64,000 bases of DNA, taken from the IMG/VR virus record IMGVR_UViG_3300042922_000836, positions 73,095 to 137,094 of that record; one strand, 5' to 3'. Shown here piece by piece: positions 33,681 through 45,099 of this stretch. The DNA is from a virus. Position 1 is the first letter of the stretch. Each line of letters starts with the position of its first letter. The notes beneath the pieces were generated by a model that searched no databases, was not told where the DNA came from, and saw only the letters and a list, made by a program, of their open reading frames with translations. A program made the position numbers and the translations under genes.

Positions 33681-33919
33681 ATAGAATATCCTTCTTTCTT
33701 ATAATTCTTTGATAAACATTTGCAGTTCATCTTCAGATATTTAATTTAATTGCTTGTGTGAATACCAATCTATTTTACTACCTATACATACGCATACAGC
33801 TACATGTTCACCTTTAAATAAATTACTATTAAAGGCTGTTTCTTTTACAATACCAATTTCTTTTGTTCTTTTTATTATAATTTCATCACCGTTATATAAT
33901 TTATAAGCATTTATAATTT

Positions 33920-34264
33920 TCATTCGTCTTCATCTTCTTCATCTTCATCATCATCATCTTCATCTTGACAACAATACAAGGCATCGTCTTCATCATCATA
34001 TTCTTCACCGCAAATAGGACAGATATAAACATCCTCTTCTTCTTGATAATCAGCAAATCCGCAATTATAAGCTGTGGGATCGAGTTCTTTTAATGCATAA
34101 GCGGAATCATATGTATAACCGCAAATATCGACTGTACCATATGTTTCATTAAGCATATCATCATAATCATCTTCTGTATATTTTTCATGACTTTCATATT
34201 TAACTTCTAATAACTTTTTTGACATAATTTTTTCCCCTTTTAATATATCATGTGTAAAGCACAT
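33920..34264 (-). CDS. Extremely acidic protein with Zn-finger-like C-terminus
   Basis: YDDMLNETYG...LKELDPTAY, CPIC...CC, poly-D/E tail. Confidence 0.6.
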   Translation of the reverse strand: MCFTHDILKGEKIMSKKLLEVKYESHEKYTEDDYDDMLNETYGTVDICGYTYDSAYALKELDPTAYNCGFADYQEEEDVYICPICGEEYDDEDDALYCCQDEDDDDEDEEDEDE

Positions 34265-34568
34265 AATGGATAATAGTCTTTTTTCTGATAAATTTCAATT
34301 AAATCTCCTGAATTTTCAACTATAAGCTTACGCATATCATCTGATGTTAAAAATTTAATACTTTTCAAAAATGTGAGAACTTCTTTATTTGTTGCATTAT
34401 TATCAATATATAAATCATCAAATTCTATACATTGATTATTTATTTCATAACCATCTTCCTTGTTACCCAAAACATCGGTATAATTTATAAGCTTAAACCG
34501 ATTACATTTAGTTGTATTAACAACTTTATTTCTCATAAATTTCATCTCCTATTACGTATTGTCATCTA

Positions 34569-34597
34569 TATAACATTTAAAATTTCATTATCCTTAC
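34569..34597 (-). promoter_or_regulatory. Promoter-like motif, copy 5
   Basis: GTAAGGAT-N15-GTTATA. Confidence 0.8.
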
Positions 34598-36341
34598 ATC
34601 GGTTTATTCATATGAATAAAAGCTTAAAACATCAGAATCATAAAAACAACCATCATTAATATCGGCTGTGATTATTTTATATTCTTTACTTGTTTTTACC
34701 AATTTTATTAATGTTTTAAAATCATAAATGGTTGCATAATTTTTTCTTCCTACCCATTGTGATAAAGCTACATTTGTGGTATTTAAGAAAAAATGCATAT
34801 CTCTGATGTTTGTTCTGCATATCATTCCACCTTTTTGTTTGATCTTCATTAAAACATCATATTTCACATAATTTAAACCTTTAGATCCGATCCTTTCAAA
34901 TCTCTTTTTGCCTGTAACATAATCGGTTCTTAAAAAATATATTGCATTTTCAAACCCTGTAACTTTGTTTATATTTTCATATGTATCACATTTTACTTCA
35001 CCGATAAAATCAAAATTATCATTATAAGCTTCATAATTATACGTTTTTATAAATTCCATTTATTTTCTCCTTATGAATTTTAATTATCCTACTTTATCAT
35101 GCCACAGTAATCCTCTTGCCTCATAAAGAGGAATCCAATGTTCTTCATAAAAATCATATCCAGCACCGTCAATTCCAAATATATAACCTATATCATCTGT
35201 TTTATATATTCTAAAACCGCAATTTGCCATGATTTGTAAACCACCGTTTTCTTCCAACCACCATTTATCACAGCTATCTCCAAATTGCCACATAGTTCCC
35301 CACATAGGAAGAAAATCATCTCTTTGTACTTCAAAATCTTCTTCTTCAATTTCAACTACTTCATCATTAATTTCAGCTTTAATGTTTCCATTAGAAAGTT
35401 TTTCTATAATTTCACCATATTCACTATGGTTAAACGAATATATGTAATTTCCTACAGATGATGGTGTTATTTCGGTTATATCATCAATATTTTTAATATA
35501 TGCTCTTTTGATTAATACATGTGGAATAGCATTAAAACCATTAACCCATTGTTCACATGCTTCTTTTTTAGTCATTAATTTTATTCTCCTTTTATTACTT
35601 TTTATATTTACTATTCATCTGTAAATAATGAAAAACCATATTGAGCTATAACCAAATAATTTATATCATTTAAATTTTTACATACACTTATATCAAGTTT
35701 TTTATCATCAATAATAATTGCTTTAATATCATCTATTTCCGCATATATTTCAACTTCACCAGACCTGAAATCAAAATGTTTATACTTCATTTTTAAAGGC
35801 TCATTATCATCAATTTCCAGAAAAGATTTATGAAAATATTTGCGTTCATCATACCATCCAGATACTAAAATATAACCTCTTAACATTTTTATTCTCCTAT
35901 TAAATCCAATTATAATAATCGAGTGGCTCGTCATTTCTACGAAGATAATCTTCACATTCTTGACCTCTGTTCAACCATTTAAGAGCAATATCTTCCTTTA
36001 TATAAAGGACACCATCAATAACCTTATACATATCATTGTCTGGATTATTTTTATTTTGTTTATATAAATACTTTTGATAATCAAGTTCAGTGCATGTATT
36101 ATTCCAATATTTACAATTGTAATTATTTTCGTTCATCCAATCTTGACACATTTTATCTAATTTTTTCATATCACCCATATGGTCATATCTGCCTGTATAT
36201 TCTATTTTATCTAATAATTTTTCAGTTTCATCATCGACAATATGAATAATATGCTGTGTAAAATAATAATTAAAATTAATATGTTTTTCTTTATTTTTTG
36301 ACATTTTTATACCTCTTTCAATTTATAGAATATTATTTTTT

Positions 36342-36401
36342 GGTAATGACAGCCACCTTTGAGGTGGCTATTTCGGCTAATCAAGCCATCATCAGATTAC
36401 C
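36342..36401 (-). ncRNA. Type I hammerhead ribozyme
   Basis: - strand reads GGUAAU CUGAUGA U GGCU-UGAUU-AGCC GAAA UAGCCACC-UCAAA-GGUGGCUG UC AUUACC: full catalytic core, three stems, GUC cleavage triplet. Confidence 0.9.
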
Positions 36402-36419
36402 TTTTAATATCTTCATTTA

Positions 36420-36448
36420 TATAACAATTTAAAATATCCTTTCCTTAC
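36420..36448 (-). promoter_or_regulatory. Promoter-like motif, copy 6 (upstream of the hammerhead; contains the GATase stop)
   Basis: GTAAGGAA-N15-GTTATA. Confidence 0.8.
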
Positions 36449-37398
36449 ATTTTAATTTTTGTTTTTGTTTTTGTTTTTGTTTTCGGTTTTGTTGTTGTTT
36501 GAAGTTTCATAGGGATTTTAGGTTCAAGCCATACATCAACATACGATGCACTATCCTCATCAAATTTATAAGTTAGTCCTTGATGTGTTAAAGCAGAATA
36601 ACCAATCTTTTTAATTGCAGTATCAGTATCATAATCATAGAGATAAACATTATTATTTTTATCAATCATATATAAATTTGAATCATCTATTATTCCTTTA
36701 TTTGTTTTAACATATCCTTCGGAATCATCAAGCCACATTAGTTTTCTAACATCTAAATCAAAATCATTTAATTTATCATAATAATCATCCCACATGTCAT
36801 AAATACTATTAAAAATTCTTGGTTCATATGAACTATTGCTATATAAAATACCATCCTTTTCTTCAAAATTTCCAATTGTATAAATTTCACCCAAATCATC
36901 AAGAAAAGACATTTTACTTGTTATTGCATTATAAATTAATTTGTGACAAGTATTATCTTTATAAAAATCTTTCTTTAATTGTTTTATAGGAACTAATTGA
37001 GATATTATATATTCCATAGTATCAGAGATATTTTTTCTTGGCACTATATTAATAATACCATTATGAGCAACTCCTAAATTTGTTCTGAAAGATAATTTTT
37101 GCAATGCTTCTACATTTTCAATTATAGGGAAAGGATGGCAATTTTGCTGATTAACTCCACCATGTGTTGCTATCCTAAAATGCATTATAAGAGAAATATC
37201 TTTTAAATCTATTCGGCTTTTTAATTTATTTAATTGTTCCTTTAATTCTTCAAGTTTCATAAAGCCTTTTTCTATATTTACCATTTTATTTTCTGTCCAC
37301 ATGATACCCGCACCATCTGAATTGTTAGTCCACATTGTTTCAATCAATTCATCTGAAGGCATTTCTACACCCTTTGGTTTACAAGCAATTATACACAT
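36445..37398 (-). CDS. Class II glutamine amidotransferase
   Basis: N-terminal MC nucleophile, NSDGAG, HFRIATHG, CHPF, HNGII, SDT. Confidence 0.88.
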   Translation of the reverse strand: MCIIACKPKGVEMPSDELIETMWTNNSDGAGIMWTENKMVNIEKGFMKLEELKEQLNKLKSRIDLKDISLIMHFRIATHGGVNQQNCHPFPIIENVEALQKLSFRTNLGVAHNGIINIVPRKNISDTMEYIISQLVPIKQLKKDFYKDNTCHKLIYNAITSKMSFLDDLGEIYTIGNFEEKDGILYSNSSYEPRIFNSIYDMWDDYYDKLNDFDLDVRKLMWLDDSEGYVKTNKGIIDDSNLYMIDKNNNVYLYDYDTDTAIKKIGYSALTHQGLTYKFDEDSASYVDVWLEPKIPMKLQTTTKPKTKTKTKTKIKM

Positions 37399-38735
37399 AC
37401 TGATACCTCACGTTCAATTAATTTCATGTTTTCCATATAATTATTTAATTCCTCATAAGAAGTATCTTCAAAAATATCTTCCCATTTTGTGGAGCTTATC
37501 ATTTTCAGATTAATTTTTTTAGCATATCTGCAAATCGTATCAACGAATTGTAATGTAGCTTTAAGTGTACTAATATTTAATGTACCCTTGAAAATACGGA
37601 ACTCAATTGTATTTCTGTTTTCAAGATTTATAGCTTGATACCTATTACCCTTGCAATATTTTACTTTATCGCACATTGTATATTCATTATCGTATGTATC
37701 ATAAGATAATTCATTTTTTCTTGCCCATTCATATAATTTGTTTACATTTCTTCGAGAGAATTTAACAACATTTGTGTCCCAAAACCTATTTATTAATAAA
37801 ATAAGTTTTGCTATGTTTAGATCTTGAGTAACCTCATTTTGACCGAAAAATTTTCGACTAACATGAACATGTAAACCACATGTATTTGTTTCATGCGACT
37901 TAAAGCCATTTTCCTTGCAAATATCAGCAATTTTATCCCAACCTAAATCATCCATATGATAATCAAGGGAGGCTGGGTGCGAAACAATTTCAAAACCATG
38001 ATTAAGACTTCCATCATGTTTACAATAAATATCATCAGTCATATCTGTTAATCTTTTAGCAATTCTATTTGGTTCATCACCATCATCAACTTCCAGTTCA
38101 ACACCCATATATAAATTATCTATTGGATTACCTAAAAATTCTGGATCTGGTTTATAACCATGGTTTCTAATACTTGATCTTTCAATATTATCATAACAAT
38201 TATTACAATAATATTCTTCTGTTTCATCATCATAATTTGCATCATCATTTTGTATAACATCATCACAACTGTGGCATTGAGTCCAATTACCACTACAGCT
38301 ATCACATATTATTAAGTTTGTGTCATAAGTTATATATGCATAAGAATAATATCTACCGCAATCAGCACACTGATAATAGTCACCAGCACAACGATCACAT
38401 ACATGTTTTTCATGGTTTGTACCATAATTTATAATTTCATAATCATTTGTTATTTCACCGCAGTCTTCACAAGTTATACATGAATCATTATCATAACAAC
38501 CTTGACAAACATAATCATTATTGTGTTCATCATAACACGCATCTTCTTCTTTAACAAATTCACCACATTCTCTGCATTTAATATAACCCATTCTTTCAGA
38601 ACATTCACAACACAATTCATCACCGTCTTCAGTAGTTATATAATCGCCATCTTCACAAACACAACCACATTCGGTGCATATAATATCATTGTTTTCCATT
38701 TCCTCATTGTTTTCAATTATTTCGTTGTTTTTCAT
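37389..38735 (-). CDS. Amidoligase (COOH-NH2 ligase) with N-terminal CxxC repeats
   Basis: GVELEV, DGSL, GFEIVSHP, CGLHVHVSR, RYQAIN, TIEFRIF; about 10 CxxC pairs at the N-terminus. Confidence 0.85.
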   Translation of the reverse strand: MKNNEIIENNEEMENNDIICTECGCVCEDGDYITTEDGDELCCECSERMGYIKCRECGEFVKEEDACYDEHNNDYVCQGCYDNDSCITCEDCGEITNDYEIINYGTNHEKHVCDRCAGDYYQCADCGRYYSYAYITYDTNLIICDSCSGNWTQCHSCDDVIQNDDANYDDETEEYYCNNCYDNIERSSIRNHGYKPDPEFLGNPIDNLYMGVELEVDDGDEPNRIAKRLTDMTDDIYCKHDGSLNHGFEIVSHPASLDYHMDDLGWDKIADICKENGFKSHETNTCGLHVHVSRKFFGQNEVTQDLNIAKLILLINRFWDTNVVKFSRRNVNKLYEWARKNELSYDTYDNEYTMCDKVKYCKGNRYQAINLENRNTIEFRIFKGTLNISTLKATLQFVDTICRYAKKINLKMISSTKWEDIFEDTSYEELNNYMENMKLIEREVSVCV

Positions 38736-38773
38736 TTTTATAATCCCCTTAAAGTTTATTTATATTTAAATTT

Positions 38774-38788
38774 ATTACTTTGTACGTT
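38774..38788 (-). promoter_or_regulatory. Operator-like motif
   Basis: attactt-tgta-cgtt, 2 bp from promoter motif copy 7. Confidence 0.6.
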
Positions 38789-38790
38789 CT

Positions 38791-38819
38791 TATAACAAAT
38801 AAAATCGGTATTTCCTTAC
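38791..38819 (-). promoter_or_regulatory. Promoter-like motif, copy 7
   Basis: GTAAGGAA-N15-GTTATA; operator-like motif adjacent at 38774-38788. Confidence 0.8.
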
Positions 38820-39203
38820 AAGCTAAAAGCTTTAAGAAATTCCTGTGCCTCATCAATAAATGATGTAGCAACTTCATCAAAAATATAATTATCAGAGTCA
38901 TTGTCATAACGCAAACATATCCATACAGATGATGTAAATTGAAATTCGCTGAAAAAATCACTATTTAAATCAAAATTATTATCAAGTTCATAATAATAAT
39001 CATGTATTAAATTTGCATTTTCTTGACTTTTAATATGAAACCAGCGATGTTCATATCCTTCACTTGCATAACCTACATACGGTGGTTTTAAATAAAAATT
39101 TTCTATTGCTTCAACTTTTTGCTTTAAAATTTGTAAATCTGTTTTGTTCATAGCTAATCTCCTTGAATTAAAATCATATTTAAATTATTATTTACGACAT
39201 TGT

Positions 39204-39232
39204 TATAACAATAAAAAACGTTATTTCCTTAC
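39204..39232 (-). promoter_or_regulatory. Promoter-like motif, copy 8
   Basis: GTAAGGAA-N15-GTTATA. Confidence 0.8.
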
Positions 39233-39697
39233 ATAACGTTTACATTATCAAGATTTATAACGGAAGATATACCCTCAATATAATATTCGCCACCATTGAT
39301 TGGAATGTATGTATCTAAGTCTTCATCAGACAATTCTTCAGCTTTATATAAGGGAACAGGAAAACCCTCCACACTGAATTCTTCATAATAATCATCAAGA
39401 GCTTTAATTAAATCACCATTTTCATCACAATTAACTATTATAAAATTTGTCCATGCTGTGCCTGAAATTAAATTTAATCTTAACATATTAAATCTCCTTT
39501 GCTGTTTCCCAAATTTCCAATATTAATTGTTTTAAATCAAAAAACATCATTATTTGTTTTTTAGTAAAAAGAAAATAAATACCCATAGGCAAGAATATTA
39601 ATACTGCTGTAATATCTTTTGTGATAAAAACATTAACTATTGAAATTGCCACAAGAATTAAACCGCATAATCTTTGTTTCATATGTATCTCCATTTT

Positions 39698-39712
39698 ATT
39701 ACTTTAATCGTT
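39698..39712 (-). promoter_or_regulatory. Operator-like motif
   Basis: attactt-taat-cgtt downstream of a SigA promoter. Confidence 0.6.
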
Positions 39713-39724
39713 CTTCATGTATTT

Positions 39725-39753
39725 ATATTACTACAATTTTTGCTATATGTCAA
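39725..39753 (-). promoter_or_regulatory. SigA-type promoter
   Basis: TTGACA-17 bp-TAATAT; operator-like motif just downstream at 39698-39712. Confidence 0.6.
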
Positions 39754-39796
39754 TATCCTTTTTTTTACAATGATTATTATTTTAAACGTTATTAGC

Positions 39797-39825
39797 AAAA
39801 AATAAAACTCCGTCATTAACGGAGT
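39797..39825 (-). terminator. Intrinsic terminator
   Basis: ACTCCGT-TAATG-ACGGAGT then TTTTATTTTTT on the - strand. Confidence 0.75.
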
Positions 39826-40262
39826 CTTATTTATTAATCAACTATTTTTAAAACATCATTAACATTAATATCAAATAATAGAGAACCATCCAAAGTTGGC
39901 TCAATATCGAAAACATCAATATTTTTTATAAACTCAATAAATTCAACTTTTTGGTCACGTTTTAAGTCAAATATATCAATTTTTATTTGAAAAAAGCCAT
40001 TTGTTTCTGTTGGCTCTATATTATCTATTGGTACAATTTCACCATTATATTCTATAACCAATTTTTTCATATATTCAATAGCCTTTTGATATTTTTCATA
40101 TTGTGGTTGATTAATGATAAATTTTTTGTCTTTTATGCTTTCCCTATATCTCCTATCCAGTTCCATTAAAAATTTTGCTAAAACTACATCTTTTTCTTCG
40201 GGAGTCATTAAATCCCTCCTTTATCAGACATAAATTCATCATTTCAAGTTTATTTTCAATTA

Positions 40263-40291
40263 TATAACAACAAGAAAGCTGAATTCCTTAC
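40263..40291 (-). promoter_or_regulatory. Promoter-like motif, copy 9
   Basis: GTAAGGAA-N15-GTTATA. Confidence 0.8.
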
Positions 40292-40602
40292 TTATAATAT
40301 TTCGGTGGTAACAATTTTTTGCCGATATAACTTGCAAGATTTTCACGTTTTATTGGTATTTCAACTTTAGATCTTGTAATTCTGCCACCATCAGTTTTTT
40401 GATTCCAATTTATATAATTGTTTTCAGTATCATAAAACCAAATTTCTATATATCCATCAACAAATCTTTGATTCTCAATCCGATTAATCGAAATAATTTT
40501 ATCTTTAAGTATAATGGTATCTCCGCTTTTTACTCTCCTGACTTTACCCATTTATAATAATTCTCACTTCCCTATTTCGTTGTTTTTATATTCAATCATT
40601 TA

Positions 40603-40824
40603 TTAATTTATTTCTTCTTCAACCATTTTCATGAATTCTTTGTCTTTTCTCAATTGTTCGCTGGCAAACTGCAATGCCCATCCATATTGCTTAACAGCTT
40701 TCATAACCACTTCACGATCATTACGAAGTTCAAGACTGACAAATTCTAATGTCATTCCACCTTCATTTTTTATTTTCTTTAATACGAATTCCTTATCCGA
40801 CCAATTTTCTCTCATGATTTCCAC
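40603..40824 (-). CDS. DUF4116-repeat protein
   Basis: DKEFVLK...LEFVSLELRNDREVVMKAVKQYGWALQFASEQLRKDKEF. Confidence 0.75.
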   Translation of the reverse strand: MEIMRENWSDKEFVLKKIKNEGGMTLEFVSLELRNDREVVMKAVKQYGWALQFASEQLRKDKEFMKMVEEEIN

Positions 40825-42090
40825 CTACTTAATAATCTTCAGATTCAATTGGTTCTTCCCAATTTTCAGGTGGTTTCAAGTGTTGACCAAACATATTATA
40901 CCACTCGCCACATTCACATTGACAAGCACCACAATATTGGTCAGTAAGTTCAACTTCTTTGCCACATTTATCACAAATTCCAACTGAAGGTTTCATATAA
41001 CTACTTTCATATTTTACAATACCTTTATCAATAAGATCAGGATGTTTACCATTAATACAATCATCATAATTTTCATTTGCTCTTGTATTATTTGGCTCTA
41101 TTTTTAAATTTCCTTCTTCATCGCAAGGAAAAGAAAACCCAAAATTATTTGTTTTATCCATAAACTCACGTTTATAATAAAAACTTGTAATTTTATGCCT
41201 TTGACTTATTATTTTCATATTATACCTCATCTGTTTCATTCTATAGCTGATTCTATGCTTTGAATAGCTTCATCCAAGTTATTTACAGCTTCGTCTAAGT
41301 TATCACGAGCCGATTCTGCTTGTTGATAACGTTCTGAGCCTTGCAAATTTTCAGGTATGTTATCGAGATATTCTTCTTCCTCATCTTTGATATTGTTTAA
41401 ATCATCACGCAGTTCATTAAGCTGGTCTATGATTTCTTGCAAAGATTTTCTTCTTTCTTTATTCATATATTTTTTAATCTCCTTTTATTTTTTATTCAAT
41501 TTTTCTATTTTCAAACTACCAACAATTAAATCAGCTAATAAATTATTATCTAAAACATTAAAATTATTAATCATCCCCTCATCAGTAAAATAATAAGGAT
41601 TTTTAATTTTTTGTAGTATATTTGGTCGTTCTTTTATAATATTGAATTCTTCAAACAGGTCTAATCCAATTAAATTGCAAACCTCATCCATATGATTCAT
41701 TTCTTTATCATCCTTATTTTACATTAATAACTTATATCCATGTGGAAAAAGTATTCACTTGAATTGTTTTCCATATCAAAAATAGTTTGCTGACTTTTAC
41801 CATTTAAATCATCTATATCTGCAAACAATATTGTTATTTCTTCTTTGTCAGAAATATCGCCCATATGCTCTCTAATATAATCATCTATTTCATCAGCAGT
41901 TACCACCGCTACAATATTTGTATTTTCATATGTTTTTATATCAAATATTTTATTATCCGTAGAAGATTTAAGGTTTGTCAAAGCCAAAATTCCTTTGGCA
42001 AACTTATCAATGTCATCATGACCTTGTATTGTATAACAAAAACCTTTTACTTTATTCAACTTAAACACCTCTTATTAATTTATTCATTTA

Positions 42091-42119
42091 TATAACAATA
42101 ATAACCTAAAATTCCTTAC
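42091..42119 (-). promoter_or_regulatory. Promoter-like motif, copy 10
   Basis: GTAAGGAA-N15-GTTATA. Confidence 0.8.
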
Positions 42120-42133
42120 ATGTCAATACTTTG

Positions 42134-42325
42134 TTAGGAATTTTTTGTATTTCTCTTATTAACATTCGGAACATATTCTTTAAAACAAACCATATTATTT
42201 TCTTCATCAATCAAAATTTCCATAGGCATACCCTCTTTAAGATTAAAAGGTATACTAACATCTTTCGGAATTAATACCTTGCCATTTTCATCGATACGTA
42301 CCATAATTTCTAAGCTTTTCAACAT
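42134..42325 (-). CDS. AbrB/SpoVT-family DNA-binding protein
   Basis: VRIDENGKVLIPKDV...LKEGMPMEILID; ATG at 42325 after AAAGGA. Confidence 0.75.
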   Translation of the reverse strand: MLKSLEIMVRIDENGKVLIPKDVSIPFNLKEGMPMEILIDEENNMVCFKEYVPNVNKRNTKNS

Positions 42326-42344
42326 AAACATTTCCTTTCGTTTA

Positions 42345-42373
42345 TATAACTTTTTGAATTGAATAATCCTTAC
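42345..42373 (-). promoter_or_regulatory. Promoter-like motif, copy 11
   Basis: GTAAGGAT-N15-GTTATA. Confidence 0.8.
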
Positions 42374-42424
42374 ATTCACATAAGCACCCAAACCGAAATT
42401 TCGATGCTTATATTAATCCAAGAA

Positions 42425-42453
42425 TATAACAATTGAAATTGATCTTTCCTTAC
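42425..42453 (-). promoter_or_regulatory. Promoter-like motif, copy 12
   Basis: GTAAGGAA-N15-GTTATA. Confidence 0.8.
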
Positions 42454-43181
42454 ATCATTTAAGTAACAATTTCACAACTTCTTCCGCAATACATAAATGA
42501 CTGTCACCCAAAACATTTATAACCCTTTGATAATCATTATCATAGGTTACAATAACAGCCTCTGTCAAATTATAAAGTTTATCACTAAAACGATTAAGTT
42601 TATATTCATAATCATTTTTGTATTCAAGCTTTTTCAAACCTCTTTCGCCTTTGAGAGCCTCAGACAATTTTTCAACAAACTGTCTTTTAGCCTCAAATTC
42701 TTCTTTATTCTCAATTTTTTCGGTTTCAGTTAATTTTTCGTACATATTATCAATCACCATTCTTAATTTATTTTATTTGATAGGTCATCAATATCAAACA
42801 TTGCTTTACTACCGTTCTGTAAATAATACAGCACAGCTTCATAAGCTTCAATCGCACCTTTACAATTATTATACATTGCAACAACTTGCGGATTTTTATC
42901 ATTTTCAAAATCTTTGGCATACTTTACCTGTTTTTCCATTGCTTTTTTAATGATAATTTTAAGTTCTGACATTGACTTAGCCATATATTTTAATCTCCTT
43001 AAATTATTTAATAGAAATAAGTCGCATTTTTTTCATTTTCATTTTATTGTCTGGAAATTCCTCATGGTAAATATTTTTCATTTTTTTAATTGCATCACCA
43101 ACATTTTTTGCAGTTATTTTGTATGGATTAGATTCTATGTAGCCTATAAATTTTTGCATATTTACATTCCCCTTTCATTTA

Positions 43182-43210
43182 CATAACAATTAAGATTAAA
43201 TATTCCTTAC
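43182..43210 (-). promoter_or_regulatory. Promoter-like motif, copy 13
   Basis: GTAAGGAA-N15-GTTATG. Confidence 0.75.
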
Positions 43211-43843
43211 CTTAAATCATTTTCTAAACAATCAACAATACATTTTGCTATAATATGTTTATCATATTCACACCAACGATTTCGACCTAAAACTCCCAAT
43301 CCATTACTTGAATAATCTTTTGTATCTTTTGCATATCGGTACATTATTTTATTATGTAAAGAATTACAACATGACCTTTCAGTTGTGAGATATACCACTT
43401 TGTTATTAACTGGATTTTTTACAAATCCACTGCAACCTCTTTTTTCACCATTAATTATGATATTTTTAAGAGAATATTCAAATCCATCATTAATATTTTT
43501 TACCGAATTTTTAATTGTTGTTGCTAAAAGAATTTCCTCATAATTAAGTTTCATTAATCAACCAGCTCCTTCATCATTTCATTTAATGCATTATAATCTA
43601 AATTACCGCTTATATATTTTATATGGTCTGGTGTTTTGTCATATTGCATACCCATATGTTTTATAAAGCTTGAATAAGGCTTTTTTGACTCCTTGTGATT
43701 TTTCATAAAATCAACTGCACTGCGATATAAAGGTTCTTCATTGTTTATCCATAATGAAACATTCCAAGTTGACTGATTTCTCCAACCATTGTAGTCTGTA
43801 TTTTCCATATTAGCACCTCATTAAAAATTTTTATCTACAATCA

Positions 43844-43872
43844 TATAACGTTTAAGATGATTAATTCCTTAC
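43844..43872 (-). promoter_or_regulatory. Promoter-like motif, copy 14
   Basis: GTAAGGAA-N15-GTTATA. Confidence 0.8.
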
Positions 43873-44580
43873 GTTATTTTTTCTTTACAGGTTTTACATT
43901 TTTATAAGCTATTAAATTTATGTAACCTATATATATATTTTTATCATAATATTCATTCATCATTATGTCGTGTAATTTATCATTTGCCTCATCATAATTT
44001 TTTGCGGTTATATTGTATTTGTCAAAATTTATAATGCCAATATATTTTCTCATATATTTGCCATTTCGTAATATTCTTCAATTTCGGTTGTCGGAAATTT
44101 ATTTGCAAAATAATTCGCATTATCATTATCAAAATCGTAAATCATTGAGCCTAAAGACATACCGTCTTTAACGATATATGTTATCGTTTCATCAAAAATT
44201 GCATATGCTTTAGCCATTATATATGCAGTAAAACTATCTTCAAAATATCCTATGACCGACATACCAAGTGAATTATTTTCATCATCGAATTTTATTTTTG
44301 TTACTTTATACATATATTTTATCTCCTATACAAATACATTCATCTTCCATGATACCGTCAAGCCATTCTAAAAGCTGTTTTTCATTTTTAAAATATAAAG
44401 GAAGAGCCAAACCGTCTGCATAAACTCTTAAAGAGTCTTTATCGGACTCAATAGGATCGAGAGCATAACCCATTGTTTCAAGTTTTTTAATTGTTGAATT
44501 TTTCAATTTTACTGCCATGATTTATTACCTCATTATTTTAAATTTAATTGTAGGATGATTTTTCAACCACCCTACAATCA

Positions 44581-44609
44581 TATAACATTTATATTAATAA
44601 TTTCCTTAC
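44581..44609 (-). promoter_or_regulatory. Promoter-like motif, copy 15
   Basis: GTAAGGAA-N15-GTTATA; a stem-loop (about 44547-44578) follows. Confidence 0.8.
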
Positions 44610-45070
44610 ATTGTCAATTTATCGATTTTTGCTTTGAGGATTTCTTTTCTTTCAGAAATTTTATTAATTTCAGTTCTTATATCATTTAACATAGACATAA
44701 ATTCAGCTAAAACTGAACCATCGAATGAATTATCAATTACTGAAAAGAACCGTTTATATTCAAATAATCTTACTTCATTAGTTCCCAATTTTTGATTGAT
44801 TTTATCATTTAATTTTTCAAACAAATAGAAAAGATGAGATTCTTCTACTTCCATAATTTCGTTTTTTAAGCGATTCATGTCTTCAGAATTATAACCAAGG
44901 TCTTTCAATGTATCATATACACCGTCATAATAGCTTTGATATGCAAGATAATCATCATCGTGTTCTTTTTCCTTATACATTCCGTAAGCATTTTTGAATC
45001 TTTTTTCAATTTGCGATTTCTGTTTTTTTGTCATGGTAAAACCACCTTTAAAAAATTTTATTTACATTTA

Positions 45071-45099
45071 TATAACATTCAGAATTAAATATTCCTTAC
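45071..45099 (-). promoter_or_regulatory. Promoter-like motif, copy 16
   Basis: GTAAGGAA-N15-GTTATA. Confidence 0.8.

Larger units (their letters stand above)
27275..36304 (-). other. Dense array of about 25 small hypothetical genes
   Basis: Co-oriented 60-322 aa ORFs with strong RBSs, many acidic. Confidence 0.7.

Noticed and set aside
33700-33740. CUGAAGA hammerhead-like core
   Set aside because: No GAAA after the stem and no stem III; looks like a gene remnant.
36454-36500. TTTTGT hexamer run encoding KTKTKTK
   Set aside because: Short in-frame slippage repeat at a C-terminus; no evidence of phase variation.
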